Shown: piece by piece, positions 9,293 through 17,342 of the stretch | Numbering within the stretch: position 1 is the stretch's first letter | Layout: the number at the start of each line of letters is the position of its first letter | From: a virus | Length of the DNA: 64,000 bases | Direction: 5' to 3' (one strand) | IMG/VR virus record: IMGVR_UViG_3300042565_001021 | Span: 91,046-155,045 of that record | Made by a program: the position numbers and the translations under genes | Notes under the pieces: generated by a model | What the model was told of the DNA's origin: nothing | Databases searched by the model: none | The model's input: the letters and a program-made list of their open reading frames with translations, nothing else

Positions 9293-9714
9293 GATCCACC
9301 CCACCGCAGCGCGAACCACATGAAATCTTTTTCGTCTTTGAACGCGAAGAACACGTAATCGAGGCCGCCGATATCGTTGAGGCAGTAACCGTTATATTCT
9401 GTTTTAATCACCCGGTGGACGTCATAGCGGTACTTGTGCTTTATATTTTCTTTACACCAGTTATCCATTTCATCTAATGCTTGTAACCAGTCGCCGTACT
9501 TTGTCCAAATGTCTCCGAGCGGATCTTCAAACGTGCGAACGTAAGGATACCCCTCATACCAATTTGTAATTTGGGTTGCTCGGTAAATGACATCGGGGTC
9601 AAACCTACGTGCGTATTCCTCTTCGGACTCGCACCCGTTCTTTTTTAGAAACCTTTTTCGTTTCTTCTCGTGATATTTTTTCGAGAGAGTTTCAAAGTAA
9701 CCTTTTAAGACCAT
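9289..9714 (-). CDS. FxxExD..FxLxW family protein
   Basis: Ends FKDEKDFMWFALRWGGS. Confidence 0.75.
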   Translation of the reverse strand: MVLKGYFETLSKKYHEKKRKRFLKKNGCESEEEYARRFDPDVIYRATQITNWYEGYPYVRTFEDPLGDIWTKYGDWLQALDEMDNWCKENIKHKYRYDVHRVIKTEYNGYCLNDIGGLDYVFFAFKDEKDFMWFALRWGGS

Positions 9715-9953
9715 TTTAGAGAAAACATGATTAGTTGCTGCTCGTCAACGAAACGAATCATAGCCTTTTTATTCAACTTAACGATTTCTGCTCCGCCGTA
9801 TTCTTCAAATAGCCAATCTCGAAAAGCTTTTCCTTCACCGTAATTAGAAGGAATATAGTACCTACCTATACCTAATCCGTGCGGCGGATCTATGTTGCGA
9901 CTCTCGTACCAATGGAGCAGCACCTTTGCGCCGATAGGGTTATACGGTATCAT
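9705..9953 (-). CDS. FxxExD..FxLxW family protein
   Basis: Ends FVDEQQLIMFSLKWS. Confidence 0.7.
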   Translation of the reverse strand: MIPYNPIGAKVLLHWYESRNIDPPHGLGIGRYYIPSNYGEGKAFRDWLFEEYGGAEIVKLNKKAMIRFVDEQQLIMFSLKWS

Positions 9954-9961
9954 TGAATATT

Positions 9962-10177
9962 TTACGACCATCGCAGTAGAAACAGCATACGTTCTTTGTC
10001 ATCACGAAATCTAAATGCGTTAAACGAGAGTCTTACTCCGCAGTCGTTTTCTTTACACCAAATTTCAAGCTCGTCAAGCATAGTGCTCATTCGCACAGCT
10101 CTATCGCCTGCTACAGCAAACACAGAGATCTCAGAAACTCCGAGAGTGACAAACTCTAATTTTTTGCCGAACGACAT
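9962..10177 (-). CDS. FxxExD..FxLxW family protein
   Basis: Ends FRDDKERMLFLLRWS. Confidence 0.75.
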   Translation of the reverse strand: MSFGKKLEFVTLGVSEISVFAVAGDRAVRMSTMLDELEIWCKENDCGVRLSFNAFRFRDDKERMLFLLRWS

Positions 10178-10178
10178 T

Positions 10179-10466
10179 TTAGTGTAGCGTGTGAGTTTTA
10201 TACCCTTGAATCAGCACCTGGAGTCTCAGAAGCTCAGCTGTTACCTCGGGCGCAAGAGAAGCAATGGTTGCCTCGTGGATCCGAATCGCTTTCATGTTCT
10301 CGTCAAACTCGAGAAATGCCCCGCAGTAAAAGCACAGCGAAACATCGCCTGGTGCTGGGCCGCCCTGGCCTTCTTGCGAAGGAGAAGCAGCATCCAGCAT
10401 TGATTCACAGCAAGGGCAAGTGACCTCTGGCAATAATGTTACTTCTGGTTCAAAAGACGAAGTCAT
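10179..10466 (-). CDS. Putative zinc-ribbon protein
   Basis: CPCC...CFYC. Confidence 0.6.
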   Translation of the reverse strand: MTSSFEPEVTLLPEVTCPCCESMLDAASPSQEGQGGPAPGDVSLCFYCGAFLEFDENMKAIRIHEATIASLAPEVTAELLRLQVLIQGYKTHTLH

Positions 10467-11571
10467 GGTATTTGCTCTTTTGCTTGGTAAAGGTAACAGT
10501 TGCGCCTTTGTCGTTGGAGTAAGTAAACGCTCCGGTTGCTGCGTCGATCTTCTTCAGATTCAGGTAAGTGAATTGGAAGTTTGCGCCTTCTGCGGGCAGC
10601 TTCGGATCTGTTGTAGATTTAGCAACAGCGGTGGCACCTTGAACCGATGGAGCATCTTCGTCGTCATCAGTACCGTAGTAGTTGATGTGGAAGCGATCCT
10701 TGGATAGCGGGTTGCTTTCCATAGTCTTCGGGTGGTAAATCCCTTCCGGTACATCGATACCGTTGATCTTCATTGTGATGTCGTAAACGCCGCCGTCGTC
10801 GGACTGTGGCTTTGCGTTCAGCATCTTCATTGCTTCTTGTGCTGTTTCACCGTAGCGGTTCATTTCTTCAACAAGCGACTTCAGCATGTCGAAGTTGAAT
10901 GCGCTGAACATAGAGCTAATGCGGCAGATGTTTTCGATCTGCTCTTTGTTCTTGAGGTTCTCTTCGCAGTATTCGGTAATGAATTCAGTTTCGAGTCCGT
11001 GGAAATCAAGCATGTAAAAGATTCGACCTGGACGGTTGCGCATGTGGGAATCAATGCGCCACTTGTCGTTACAGGTGAGCACGAACAGTTTTTTACTTGG
11101 GAATACGCCGTCGAGCAGTGTCAGGATAGCGGATTGTTCGTCGGCGTCGTAGACCTTTTCGAACTCGTCGAACAGGATCATACAAGGCTGTTGAATGCTT
11201 TGGATTAGTGTGTTGAACTTTTCGCCGTTCCATGCGGTGTTGATGATAATAGTTGGCATGTCTTGCGCAGCACAAGCGATAGAAAGAGACTTTGCGAGCA
11301 GCGTCTTGCCGGAACCTTTTTCGCCTGTTAGCAGAACACCGGTCGTCGCTGGCCGGTCGTTGAATGTGTTCATGATGCGTTCTGTGTGACGCAGGGTGTC
11401 GCCGTACACTTTGTGCTTCAGTTCGAAGTCGTCAATGGACTCGAAGTAGAAGTTTTCGTACTGGTCCATTTTAATTGTGTAGTTGCCGGGAGGCAGGGCC
11501 GGAGTTAGGTTTAGAACCTCGTCGTCATAAGGAACAAAAGTGTTTCCGGATTTCCTAAATTGGGTAGCCAT
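10450..11571 (-). CDS. AAA+ ATPase
   Basis: Walker A GEKGSGKT, Walker B ILFDEFEK, RNRPGRI arginine finger. Confidence 0.9.
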   Translation of the reverse strand: MATQFRKSGNTFVPYDDEVLNLTPALPPGNYTIKMDQYENFYFESIDDFELKHKVYGDTLRHTERIMNTFNDRPATTGVLLTGEKGSGKTLLAKSLSIACAAQDMPTIIINTAWNGEKFNTLIQSIQQPCMILFDEFEKVYDADEQSAILTLLDGVFPSKKLFVLTCNDKWRIDSHMRNRPGRIFYMLDFHGLETEFITEYCEENLKNKEQIENICRISSMFSAFNFDMLKSLVEEMNRYGETAQEAMKMLNAKPQSDDGGVYDITMKINGIDVPEGIYHPKTMESNPLSKDRFHINYYGTDDDEDAPSVQGATAVAKSTTDPKLPAEGANFQFTYLNLKKIDAATGAFTYSNDKGATVTFTKQKSKYHDFVF

Positions 11572-11635
11572 TTGTCGCTTTCTTTAAATGATAAAACATT
11601 ATATGCTACTTTGTGTTTTTGAGCAAGTATTTTGG

Positions 11636-11893
11636 TTATCGCGGTCCGGTGCTTCCCGTTCCTGTATCAAATGGCCATCTGGCTCGGGGAGCTTTATCTA
11701 ACAAGTGCCCAGCAAGTAACAGGAACCAAGCTAAATCTTTTTCATTCGCAAAATAAAACTCGTCGTTGTTTGTCCTTGACCAACGGACATATTCTAAGCC
11801 AAAATGATCCTGGCAGATTTTAGTCACTTCGAAAAAGTGCGCCCCGTAAGTGTTTGGCGCTTTGAACCAGTGTTCGAAAATTACTTCTTTCAT
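11636..11893 (-). CDS. FxxExD..FxL family protein
   Basis: FANEKDLAWFLLLAG. Confidence 0.7.
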   Translation of the reverse strand: MKEVIFEHWFKAPNTYGAHFFEVTKICQDHFGLEYVRWSRTNNDEFYFANEKDLAWFLLLAGHLLDKAPRARWPFDTGTGSTGPR

Positions 11894-12207
11894 TTCTTTA
11901 GCGGAATGTAAGGAGCGTAGAATGCTGCTCCCTCATAACCAACCATTAAAGAAGACGTGTTGGACAGATGGCTACCTGTCAGGGCAAACCAGGTTATGTC
12001 CTTCTTGTAGCGAAACTGGAGAACACCACCAAATGTTAGCCTCCAGTTGCCGTGGTTGTCTCTTGTCTTTTTAGTAGCGTGGTTGTAGGATGTGCTGTGC
12101 TCTGGTCCAAAATGCTGAGTACATAACTGCCGTACTTCCTCACGCTTGTACGAGTACCTGCCTTCAGCTTCGTACCATGATACTTTAGTTTTAGTTTTCT
12201 TGCTCAT
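11890..12207 (-). CDS. FxxExD..FxL family protein
   Basis: FRYKKDITWFALTGS. Confidence 0.7.
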   Translation of the reverse strand: MSKKTKTKVSWYEAEGRYSYKREEVRQLCTQHFGPEHSTSYNHATKKTRDNHGNWRLTFGGVLQFRYKKDITWFALTGSHLSNTSSLMVGYEGAAFYAPYIPLKK

Positions 12208-12428
12208 TATGACCACCTCAGCAAAAACATTTCACGATCCTCGTCGCGCTCAAAGTATATCTGACCAAAAATGTTGTCAAAGAAATAACTTCCTATGCCT
12301 TCATATTCTTCTAACCAGTCCAACTGCCGCAAGACATTCTCGTCTTTTCTCGGATCCCATAATGCTGCCCCGCTGTTAATAACAGGTTGCCAGTCGGTGC
12401 CTATCATTCCGTTTAGTTCTCGTCTCAT
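12207..12428 (-). CDS. FxxExD..FxLxW family protein
   Basis: Ends FERDEDREMFLLRWS. Confidence 0.75.
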   Translation of the reverse strand: MRRELNGMIGTDWQPVINSGAALWDPRKDENVLRQLDWLEEYEGIGSYFFDNIFGQIYFERDEDREMFLLRWS

Positions 12429-12655
12429 GACCATTTCAGTAAAAACATTTCACGATCTTCGTCGCGTTCAAAGTAATACAGCTTGAAATGCGGATCGGAA
12501 TAGTATTTTCCTAACCCTTCATACTCAGCTAGCCATATTTCAATCTGAATACCTTCAAACGAAATTCCGCTAAGATAGTCAAAGTCAATTAGCTCTCTTT
12601 CGAGATTCACGCACTGCCACTCGGTGCCAATCATCCCGTTAGTTTCGCGTTCCAC
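12425..12655 (-). CDS. FxxExD..FxLxW family protein (recent duplicate of 12207..12428)
   Basis: Ends FERDEDREMFLLKWS; shares RExNGMIGTxWQ. Confidence 0.75.
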   Translation of the reverse strand: MERETNGMIGTEWQCVNLERELIDFDYLSGISFEGIQIEIWLAEYEGLGKYYSDPHFKLYYFERDEDREMFLLKWS

Positions 12656-12657
12656 TG

Positions 12658-12882
12658 CTACTCCAACCATAGTAATGAAAACATCATAGCATCCTTTTCG
12701 TCAGCAAAGTAATAAGTGGTTATCCAGTCCTCTTTGTTGCGTGACGCCGATTCATTGACGACAAACTTACCCCTGCCCACTACGTTACAAGCCCAGGCAT
12801 ATCTATCTTTAGGAGCACCTGGACCAGATCGTTTGCCAGAGTTCCCTTGAAGTTTTACCGGGTAAGGAAATTCAACTTTCAT
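12658..12882 (-). CDS. FxxExD..FxLxW family protein
   Basis: Ends FADEKDAMMFSLLWLE. Confidence 0.75.
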   Translation of the reverse strand: MKVEFPYPVKLQGNSGKRSGPGAPKDRYAWACNVVGRGKFVVNESASRNKEDWITTYYFADEKDAMMFSLLWLE

Positions 12883-13091
12883 GTATTTCCCCATTTAAGA
12901 GCAAACATAACAGCGTCTTTCTCTTGTTGGAACAAGTATTCGCTGCGACAAAACCCTCCGGAAACACAGTCCCACTCTACTTCTTTTTTACCTAAGTGTT
13001 TCCTAGCCCAGGCAATCCGCTCCGATCCAATCCGCCCGTTTTTAACTATAATAGAGAACGGATAATAAGTTTTTTGTTTAAGAGTTGTCAT
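12879..13091 (-). CDS. FxxExD..FxLxW family protein
   Basis: Ends FQQEKDAVMFALKWGNT. Confidence 0.75.
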   Translation of the reverse strand: MTTLKQKTYYPFSIIVKNGRIGSERIAWARKHLGKKEVEWDCVSGGFCRSEYLFQQEKDAVMFALKWGNT

Positions 13092-13282
13092 TATGCCCAC
13101 CTCAACGCAAACAGCACGGCATCTTGTTCGTTGTAGAATACAAATGTTTTGTTAGCATCAAAATACCACGTAGACGGCGACGGCCGTCCAAACTGATCAA
13201 ACGCCCAAGCCCAGCATTCTAAAATACCGTCTCTCTCGCGATACATGCGGCGTTTCTCATCGCTTATAGTAAATTTATTCAT
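13091..13282 (-). CDS. FxxExD..FxLxW family protein
   Basis: Ends FYNEQDAVLFALRWA. Confidence 0.75.
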   Translation of the reverse strand: MNKFTISDEKRRMYRERDGILECWAWAFDQFGRPSPSTWYFDANKTFVFYNEQDAVLFALRWA

Positions 13283-13488
13283 TTTACCCACCTTAACGCA
13301 AACAGCATGGCGTCTTTCTCATCTCTAAACGCATAAAGTCCAGAATAACAACACTTCCATCGTTCGGGCACGTCGCCGAACATTTCCATCGTCCACTTTA
13401 TTCTTTCTTGGTCTGGATTCGTATCGCAGTGAACAGCGTAAGGAAACTTAAAACTGTCTGGAAGAAGGTCGAGTTCGTCAGTTTTCAT
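13279..13488 (-). CDS. FxxExD..FxLxW family protein
   Basis: Ends FRDEKDAMLFALRWVK. Confidence 0.75.
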   Translation of the reverse strand: MKTDELDLLPDSFKFPYAVHCDTNPDQERIKWTMEMFGDVPERWKCCYSGLYAFRDEKDAMLFALRWVK

Positions 13489-13709
13489 TTAACCCACCTC
13501 AGAGCGAACAGAACAGCGTCTGATTCTTTTTCAAAGGAAAACGTAAGTGGCCCGTATCCTGTGTCTTCGTCTTCATGGGTGCTAGTCATTCGTCCGGTTA
13601 TGTTCTTTGCTACCCAGCAAGCAGACCCTTGCATAACGCATTCGGTCCAGTTGTCAACAATGACGTTATACGGATACGGTGCCCATGGCAATTTTCTGTT
13701 CACAGCCAT
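13485..13709 (-). CDS. FxxExD..FxLxW family protein
   Basis: Ends FEKESDAVLFALRWVK. Confidence 0.75.
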   Translation of the reverse strand: MAVNRKLPWAPYPYNVIVDNWTECVMQGSACWVAKNITGRMTSTHEDEDTGYGPLTFSFEKESDAVLFALRWVK

Positions 13710-14236
13710 TTTGCGAACAGCTCCTTAAATTCTTCTTCGGTTAGGTCACCTACGTCCTTGCCTTCCGGCAGGAACACGCATTCAGCACCGTACTTAGCAA
13801 GCTTCTTACCTGCTGCGTCGCCCTGAACACAAGCTACCTTCCGCTGCGGCATCCCCATCAGCCAACCAGTTAGATGCTTTGGGTTGTTGCCCATTACAGC
13901 AACAGCAGGCAGACCGTGCCAGTGTAGCCGAGCAGCGTCAAACACGCCTTCGGTCAGGAACAGAAACTTGTCCGTCCAGCGTACAGTTTCGAGACCCCAC
14001 ACAGCCAGGTGAGCGTCTTTGCTTGCGCAAGGCTTGGTTACCCAGCTAAAGTATTTCTGTAGCTTTGGGTCGCCTACTTCCTTCTTAGGCTGTGACGGAG
14101 AATACGTCTGAAACCCAACTGCCTGCCCAGATAAATTCCATAACATCACAGTCATCATTTTATCTGTCACCGTAAGGCTACTATACCGCTGCGGGTCAAA
14201 ATAACGACTACGTAGATGAGTTAGCATTTTATCCAT
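13700..14236 (-). CDS. TOPRIM-domain (primase-like) protein lacking a zinc finger
   Basis: FLTEGVFDA...AVAVMG...GDAAG...KDVGD; TTGACA/TATAAT promoter at 14243-14271. Confidence 0.7.
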   Translation of the reverse strand: MDKMLTHLRSRYFDPQRYSSLTVTDKMMTVMLWNLSGQAVGFQTYSPSQPKKEVGDPKLQKYFSWVTKPCASKDAHLAVWGLETVRWTDKFLFLTEGVFDAARLHWHGLPAVAVMGNNPKHLTGWLMGMPQRKVACVQGDAAGKKLAKYGAECVFLPEGKDVGDLTEEEFKELFAKWL

Positions 14237-14280
14237 GTTTGTATTATACATGAAAATTTACTAAATGTCAACCAAAAAAG

Positions 14281-14358
14281 ATAAATAAGTGTGGACCACG
14301 GAGTTCGCCGCTCCCGCCCACTCTAACGCTATAAGGAGCAATCAGCATGTATATTTAT
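14281..14358 (+). ncRNA. Conserved structured leader of endonuclease gene (copy 2)
   Basis: ATAAATA-AGT-GTGGAC-CAC-GGAG-ttcgccg-CTCC-C-GCCCAC-TCTAACGCTataaggAGCaatcagcATG..TATTTAT. Confidence 0.65.
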
Positions 14359-14964
14359 ACTTCAGAACAAGTAAGACCATATGTTTATATGGGAATTCAT
14401 AAAGTAACCGGTGAGATTTACATAGGTTATCGTGAAGCAAACTCAACTCCGTCACACCTTGATATCTTCGAATATCGGACTTCGTCTAAGATAGTTAAAC
14501 CGAAGTTTGATGATTATACCTGGTATATAGTAGCAGAGTTCATAACAGGTGATGCGGCTTATGACTTTGAACAACAATTGATATTTGAAAATTGGGATAG
14601 TCCTCTTCTGTTAAACAGAAGCTGTCAATTTGGTCATCAGAAAAGATTTAAGTGTTCAAATAAAGGAAGAAAACAATCAGACAGTCATATCGCAAAGCTG
14701 ACTGAGATTCGTAAAAATAGGACACTTCCGGCTGATTTCGGCGCAAAGGTCTCGGCTGGTCTCAAAGGAAAACCGAAATCCGAAGAGCATAAGATAAAAA
14801 CAGGTAATGCCTTTCGAGGGATCCCTCGAACTGAAGAAACTAAGCAAAAAATTAAAGAGAAAAGAGCTCTTCAGGTAATAACACATGAATCAAGAATTAA
14901 AGCCGCAGCGACCCGAGCAAGAAACTTAGCATTGAAAAGTCAACCAAAAGAAATGGGCCCATAA
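14347..14964 (+). CDS. Free-standing GIY-YIG homing endonuclease with NUMOD3 repeats
   Basis: YVYMGIHKVTGEIYIGYR; KPKSEEHKIK and RTEETKQKI repeats. Confidence 0.8.
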   Translation: MYIYTSEQVRPYVYMGIHKVTGEIYIGYREANSTPSHLDIFEYRTSSKIVKPKFDDYTWYIVAEFITGDAAYDFEQQLIFENWDSPLLLNRSCQFGHQKRFKCSNKGRKQSDSHIAKLTEIRKNRTLPADFGAKVSAGLKGKPKSEEHKIKTGNAFRGIPRTEETKQKIKEKRALQVITHESRIKAAATRARNLALKSQPKEMGP

Positions 14965-14974
14965 AGAGCCCATT
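14952..14974. terminator. Hairpin terminator between convergent genes
   Basis: AATGGGC/GCCCATT stem. Confidence 0.55.
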
Positions 14975-14998
14975 GCTTGGGAGGTGCGTTGTTGCTTA

Positions 14999-15217
14999 TT
15001 AGGCTGCGATTTTCCAGTTCTTCTGAACTTCGGCTGTGATCTTATCAAAGCCCGAAGCGTAAATGTCAGCTAGGTTACACTGAAGGTTGATTGCTTGCGC
15101 AAGTGCGTCCTTCACTTCAACGTTAGGAACATAGCTAAGGCCTAGCGTTGCGACACGGCGGGATTGCTCGATCATTTCTGCTGCGGTCATAGTTGCGATT
15201 TTTGTAATATCAAACAT
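14999..15217 (-). CDS. Small helical phasin-like protein
   Basis: Amphipathic Ala-rich helices, AGGAG RBS, PhaR-like boxes upstream. Confidence 0.45.
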   Translation of the reverse strand: MFDITKIATMTAAEMIEQSRRVATLGLSYVPNVEVKDALAQAINLQCNLADIYASGFDKITAEVQKNWKIAA

Positions 15218-15235
15218 TTGTAAATCTCCTTTTAG

Positions 15236-15325
15236 TTAGATGTAGTAGCATTCTGCGAACCTACGGGTGGATCGACTATCAAACTTTGACAGCCAAACCA
15301 AAAGCTTCTCAATACGGTTATACAT
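15236..15325 (-). CDS. 29-aa small ORF (not in track)
   Basis: AGGAG RBS then MYNRIEKLLVWLSKFDSRSTRRFAECYYI. Confidence 0.45.
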   Translation of the reverse strand: MYNRIEKLLVWLSKFDSRSTRRFAECYYI

Positions 15326-15336
15326 TTTGTAACTCC

Positions 15337-15384
15337 TATGCTGTGGTGCACAATATTATTTAGCTTTTTGTGCACCACAGCATA
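15337..15384. promoter_or_regulatory. 17-bp perfect inverted repeat flanking a CTAAATA late promoter; PhaR-box-like
   Basis: TATGCTGTGGTGCACAA-14nt-TTGTGCACCACAGCATA. Confidence 0.6.
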
Positions 15385-15413
15385 TTTTTGCTACCGTTTT
15401 TGAAGGATTTTGA

Positions 15414-16427
15414 TTAGCTAACCAGCGGGCCGTCGACCCACCTTGCCCCCCCGAGCGAAACCCAAAAGATCGGGTGCCCAATTTGCGGGTTGCTGTTGAA
15501 CAGGATTAGCCCAGGTTTTTCGTTATGTGTTGGGCGGGTTGCTGTGCTACCGATTTGAGTGTCCCCTACATTGAGGCGATCCACGGTTACTGAGCCATCT
15601 ATTTCTAAGGTCAAGTTTTCTTTGTTATTTGCGCTTAAAACTACTCGTTGCTCGCGTAAAGAGCCTACAACCGAGACGTCTTTTCGCAGTTTTCGCACCG
15701 TAACTTCACAGCCGTCGTCCCAGACTGATAGAGCACAAGACGGTTCTTCTGTGTTAATTCCAACTCGTCCATTCTGGACATAAAGAGAGTTATTTGCTAA
15801 AGACGTTGCTCCGCGCACAATTAATTCGCGTAGCTCTCCTAAACGTTGTAAGTTTGAATCGGTAATAGAACGGCCGATCCTGTTTCCAACTATAACTTCT
15901 TTACCGTTTAATGTAAGTTTAGAAGTGTCGATTCCTTCTTTTTGGACCTGATCAAATAACAGGTTAGCATACTGTAAGAAGAACTCTTTATCCATCGATA
16001 ACTTTAGCAAGCCCGCGGCGTGTTGGACTAGGTCTTTGTAAAACGGTGAGTCAGATGGGATTTCGCCAGTTAGGATTAAGTCTCCATCGACTGTTAGGTT
16101 GCCCTTAACTTCGACACTAGATACTACCAGGTTATTTTCTACTACTGTGTTATCGTCGAGAATAGTTATACGGCAGTCAGTGGCATCGTCTTGAATTCCT
16201 GTACTACCAAAGTTCTTAATAATCCCGCCAATGATACGATCGCCGGATAGCATCACTGAGTCTAGTTTAACGAGCCTTGAAACTTCTTTTACAACAGTTT
16301 CGTTCAGATCAATTTGACCAAGCTTACGCATCACGTCAGCTTGTACTTGTTTTGCTATTTGTTCTTGTAGCTTAGTTACAAACGATCCGGTTAGTTCGGC
16401 GGCGATTTCGTCTATTTTAGAACTCAC
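15414..16427 (-). CDS. Hypothetical, probably virion-associated protein
   Basis: Beta-rich repeats (V.GNL.V.G, RVGINT..P) typical of tail/fibre proteins. Confidence 0.55.
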   Translation of the reverse strand: MSSKIDEIAAELTGSFVTKLQEQIAKQVQADVMRKLGQIDLNETVVKEVSRLVKLDSVMLSGDRIIGGIIKNFGSTGIQDDATDCRITILDDNTVVENNLVVSSVEVKGNLTVDGDLILTGEIPSDSPFYKDLVQHAAGLLKLSMDKEFFLQYANLLFDQVQKEGIDTSKLTLNGKEVIVGNRIGRSITDSNLQRLGELRELIVRGATSLANNSLYVQNGRVGINTEEPSCALSVWDDGCEVTVRKLRKDVSVVGSLREQRVVLSANNKENLTLEIDGSVTVDRLNVGDTQIGSTATRPTHNEKPGLILFNSNPQIGHPIFWVSLGGARWVDGPLVS

Positions 16428-16741
16428 TGCGCTGTATCCTTGATTCTACTTTCTATAATTTCGTAAAAGGAATCTAGCTCGCCACCAAACTTTCCTTTAA
16501 GGTGCGCAATGCCTTCTGCGACAGTAACGTAATCTTGTCTATTCCAAGCGTCAACTAGTGCCTGATGAATGCGAGAATAACGCTCTATGTCAGGCATCTC
16601 TCCTAACGCAATAGCTTCTGCTGGTACTACGCAGAATGCTGTTACTGGATCTCTATCCTCGACTTGGAAGGTTTCAAGTTCTAAAACACTGTGTCGGTTT
16701 CTTAGCTCTTCAGCTACATCTCTACCAAATATAATATGCAT
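16424..16741 (-). CDS. Hypothetical protein
   Basis: ATAAATA 5 nt before the ATG. Confidence 0.7.
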   Translation of the reverse strand: MHIIFGRDVAEELRNRHSVLELETFQVEDRDPVTAFCVVPAEAIALGEMPDIERYSRIHQALVDAWNRQDYVTVAEGIAHLKGKFGGELDSFYEIIESRIKDTAQ

Positions 16742-16753
16742 ACAACTATTTAT

Positions 16754-17341
16754 TCACTGTTTCAGCTGCTGAAATTTTTCCATAAACAGTTTGTAAGAGG
16801 TAAGGGAATCGAGCGGAGCATTAAAGCTCTGTAGTCGCTCTAAGGAAACTTCGGGCATGTCTGGCCAATGCTTGCCACGACTTGGCATGAACGCATGGGC
16901 TTCAATCTTTTGTGCTATCTTGTCGGCTTTCTTAATAAGAGCCTCTTCTTCGGGCGTTGGAGGTTCTAAGGTCATAGCCTTGTAAACGGCAGTCATCAGC
17001 CCGGCTTCAATCTGCTTAATAATAGGTCGAAGCTTAGGAATGCGTTTCACTGGGCTTGGCCAGTCCCCAGTGTAAATCTCTGCTGCGTCGTGTAACAATG
17101 CCAGCAATATAACTCGGGCTGAATCTTTAGTCAATCCGTAATACCGGTCATGCTCAAGTAACGCGGCAACCTCGTCGGCAACAAACATTGAGTGTTGGGC
17201 AACATTATACGCGACTACAGTGATTGTATGACCACAGAACCGAGGCATGCGCGATAGTCCCCAGGCGATATCCTCGATATTAATTGTGCTTGGGTCAGGG
17301 TTCTCTAAGTCGACGAGTTGCCCCGTTACTGTTTCAAGCAT
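16754..17341 (-). CDS. HD-domain phosphohydrolase (YfbR/YfdR-like deoxynucleotidase)
   Basis: DIAWGLSRMPRFCGH...VAQHS...LLHDAAEIYTGD.PSPVK. Confidence 0.85.
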   Translation of the reverse strand: MLETVTGQLVDLENPDPSTINIEDIAWGLSRMPRFCGHTITVVAYNVAQHSMFVADEVAALLEHDRYYGLTKDSARVILLALLHDAAEIYTGDWPSPVKRIPKLRPIIKQIEAGLMTAVYKAMTLEPPTPEEEALIKKADKIAQKIEAHAFMPSRGKHWPDMPEVSLERLQSFNAPLDSLTSYKLFMEKFQQLKQ

Positions 17342-17342
17342 A

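Noticed and set aside
8722-13709. Diversity-generating retroelement or integron behind the small-gene array
   Set aside because: No reverse transcriptase, no adenine-specific template/variable repeat pair, no integrase or attC-like spacers; the genes overlap directly
14281-14346. Leader motif as a fluoride riboswitch or HDV-like ribozyme
   Set aside because: Only superficial resemblance (TAACGCT..AGC); the required pseudoknot pairings and conserved catalytic or ligand-binding nucleotides are not consistent across the six copies
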